A stretch of 32,000 bases of DNA from a cyanobacterium endosymbiont of Braarudosphaera bigelowii (GTDB taxonomy: Bacteria; Cyanobacteriota; Cyanobacteriia; Cyanobacteriales; Microcystaceae): NCBI RefSeq assembly GCF_020885515.1, contig NZ_AP024987.1, positions 240,001-272,000 on the forward strand, in the 5' to 3' direction. Under the pieces are notes generated by a model. It had not been told where the DNA came from. It saw only the letters and a list, made by a program, of their open reading frames with translations, and searched no databases. Of the stretch, positions 29,821-32,000 are shown in pieces; the stretch's first letter is position 1, and every line of letters starts with the position of its first letter. Made by a program: the position numbers and the translations under genes.

Positions 29821-31383
29821 ATGATCACTAACTTGTTTAAATTATTTTGTTTAATTGGTTATTCTGTCAGTATCATTTATATTTTCTCTTTTTTATATGG
29901 AAGCGGAGATAGCTCTGCCCTTGCAAAAGATACTACTTCTAATTCATCTTTCTCTACTTTTCCTTATCTTGAACATGCTGCTAAGCAAATAAATGAATTT
30001 ACTCTTGATAATGGTATGAAATTCATTGTTATGGAAAACCATAGTGCACCTGTAATATCTTTTGTAACTTATGCAGATGTTGGAGGAGTTGATGAACCTA
30101 AGAATAAAACCGGAGTAGCACACTTCCTAGAACATCTAGCTTTTAAAGGAACTACAGAAATTGGAACAACAAATTACACTGAAGAAAAAGAGATACTAAG
30201 TAATTTAGATCATGTTTTTACTCTTATAGAAGAAGCAAAAAGTAGAAATGATAATGCTAATGTTCAATTATTGACTGAAGAATTTCATATCTTACAAGCT
30301 GAAGCTCATAATTATGTTAAACAGAACGAATTTGGGCGTATTGTTGAGACAGCGGGAGGTGTTAATATTAATGCTGCAACCTCTCCAGATTCTACTATTT
30401 ATTTTTATAGTTTTCCTTCAAATAAATTAGAGTTATGGATGTCCTTAGAGTCACAACGTTTTTTAAATCCGGTATTTCGAGAATTCTATAAAGAAAAAAA
30501 TATTATACTAGAAGAACGTCGTCTTAGAACAGAAAATAATCCTATTGGTAAGATGGTAGAAGCTTTTCTAGATACTGCTTTCATTCAACATCCTTACAAG
30601 CGTCCAGTGATTGGTTATAATAAAGATATTAATGGTTTAACTCGTAAAGACGTTCAAGACTTCTTCAATATTTATTATGGACCAAATAATTTAACGATCT
30701 CTATTGTGGGAGATGTGAAATTTGAACAAGTAAGGAATTTGGCTGAAGTATATTTCGGACGTTATCCTTCTAAGGCAGAACCACCTAAAATATCTGTAGT
30801 AGAGCCAAAACAAACAGAAGCTCGTGAAATTACATTAAATCTTGATTCTCAACCTTGGTATTTAGAAGGATATCATGTACCTTCTTTAGATCATCCTGAC
30901 AATGTTGTTTATCAAGTAATTTCTAATATATTGAGTTCTGGACGTACATCTCGTCTTTATAAATCTTTAGTTGAAGATAAACAAGTGGCCTTAGTAGCTC
31001 AAGGTTTGAGTGGTTATCCATCAGATAAATATCCTAATTTAATGCTTTTTTATGCACAAACTTCTCCTCAAGCATCAGTCGAAGAAGTCGCGAAAGCCTT
31101 GTCATTAGAAATTGAGAAACTAAAAGTACAACCTGTTTCTGAACAAGAATTAGAAAAAGCTAAAAATAAATTAAGAGCTAGTCTATTACGTTCTCTTGAT
31201 TCTAATTTGGGGATGGCTCGTGCTTTAGTAGAATATGAAGTAAAAACAGGTAAATGGCATAATCTTTTCAGTCAAGTTCAGGCTTTAGAAGCCGTTACGG
31301 CTGAAGATATTGAAAGAGTTGCAAAAATTACTTTTAGGTCAGAAAATATGACAGTCGGACGTATACTACCTAAAAGACAATAA
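29821..31383 (+). CDS. M16 family zinc metallopeptidase (processing-protease-like), with N-terminal membrane/signal segment
   Basis: 520 aa ORF with zinc motif HFLEHLAFKG (HxxEH), downstream glutamate region (IILEERRLRTENNPIG) and second M16 domain. Confidence 0.94.
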   Translation: MITNLFKLFCLIGYSVSIIYIFSFLYGSGDSSALAKDTTSNSSFSTFPYLEHAAKQINEFTLDNGMKFIVMENHSAPVISFVTYADVGGVDEPKNKTGVAHFLEHLAFKGTTEIGTTNYTEEKEILSNLDHVFTLIEEAKSRNDNANVQLLTEEFHILQAEAHNYVKQNEFGRIVETAGGVNINAATSPDSTIYFYSFPSNKLELWMSLESQRFLNPVFREFYKEKNIILEERRLRTENNPIGKMVEAFLDTAFIQHPYKRPVIGYNKDINGLTRKDVQDFFNIYYGPNNLTISIVGDVKFEQVRNLAEVYFGRYPSKAEPPKISVVEPKQTEAREITLNLDSQPWYLEGYHVPSLDHPDNVVYQVISNILSSGRTSRLYKSLVEDKQVALVAQGLSGYPSDKYPNLMLFYAQTSPQASVEEVAKALSLEIEKLKVQPVSEQELEKAKNKLRASLLRSLDSNLGMARALVEYEVKTGKWHNLFSQVQALEAVTAEDIERVAKITFRSENMTVGRILPKRQ

Positions 31384-31956
31384 GATAGTTATATATTTTT
31401 TCAATTAATTATTAGAAATAGAAGAAATGTAACTCATAAGCTTTAATTACTAAAACTAATTCAGATTGTGCTTACTCTTCTGTTATTTTTGGATATAAAA
31501 GTAATTTCTCGCATGTTACAGTATAAAAAATGTTAACAGAGCTAATGTACATTATTAGCCACAGTTTTTATATTTAAATATTTTGTATTTCTTATCTCAT
31601 TAAATTTATGTAAAAGCTCTATAGTCTGATAGGCTCGTCAAAACCTTTACTAGATAATTTTTTTTAAAGAATAAATATTAGGTTATTTTCTCTTATTAAC
31701 TATTAAGTATAAAAAGTGTAATTAGTGGTTGATAAAAATTAGCTAAGCCACAGTATAGTATTTTTAATACTAAAAGTTCTAAATATTAAAAGTGCAAATG
31801 TATCACTGAATTTCAAAGCTTATTGGAAAAACTTTTACAAAACTTAATGGTATTTTAACCTAGTTGAGCTTAGATTATATTTAATAATTGCTTCGTAGAT
31901 ATTCTTTTCTTTACCAGCTAAACTTTTTATAAAACAATCTAATAAAATTAAAATTT

Positions 31957-32000
31957 ATGACGTCTCAAACAAAAATAAATTCTTCTTCCTATAAAATCTC
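31957..32000 (+). CDS. Possible start of a further gene truncated by the window edge
   Basis: ATG at 31957 opens MTSQTKINSSSYKI.. with no stop before the window end. Too short to identify. Confidence 0.3.
   Translation, partial: MTSQTKINSSSYKI

Overview
AT-rich cyanobacterial chromosomal window (my estimate is about 30-33% GC by eye, not computed). The proteins look most like the Crocosphaera/Cyanothece lineage, and the low GC, wide spacers and a decaying gene suggest a reduced genome of UCYN-A (Candidatus Atelocyanobacterium) type. That assignment is inference, not a database result. About 23 coding regions are supported: pyk, uxs-like, ugd, pyrB, hemN, acsF, a DUF123/GIY-YIG protein, an SLH/OprB porin, a cysteine synthase, rplT, rpmI, a DUF3318 protein, glnA, a Crp/Fnr regulator, clpP, an ArsR regulator, a pentapeptide-repeat protein, rplI, zwf, opcA, pyrD, an M16 peptidase and several unknowns. 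There is also one tRNA-Ala(GGC). No mobile element, CRISPR array, defence island or convincing new multigene system was found. Two observations deserve a second look. (1) The ORF-less 13.4-14.5 kb stretch is a heavily frameshifted pseudogene of a four-carbon acid sugar kinase (DUF1537/OtnK-like) family protein, read directly from the minus strand. (2) Several intergenic spaces carry unusually long, perfect AT-rich inverted repeats with almost no spacer: 43 bp arms with 1 nt between them at 24209-24295, 33 bp arms with 0 nt at 16647-16712, and 26 bp arms spanning the ends of two convergent genes at 20945-21006.
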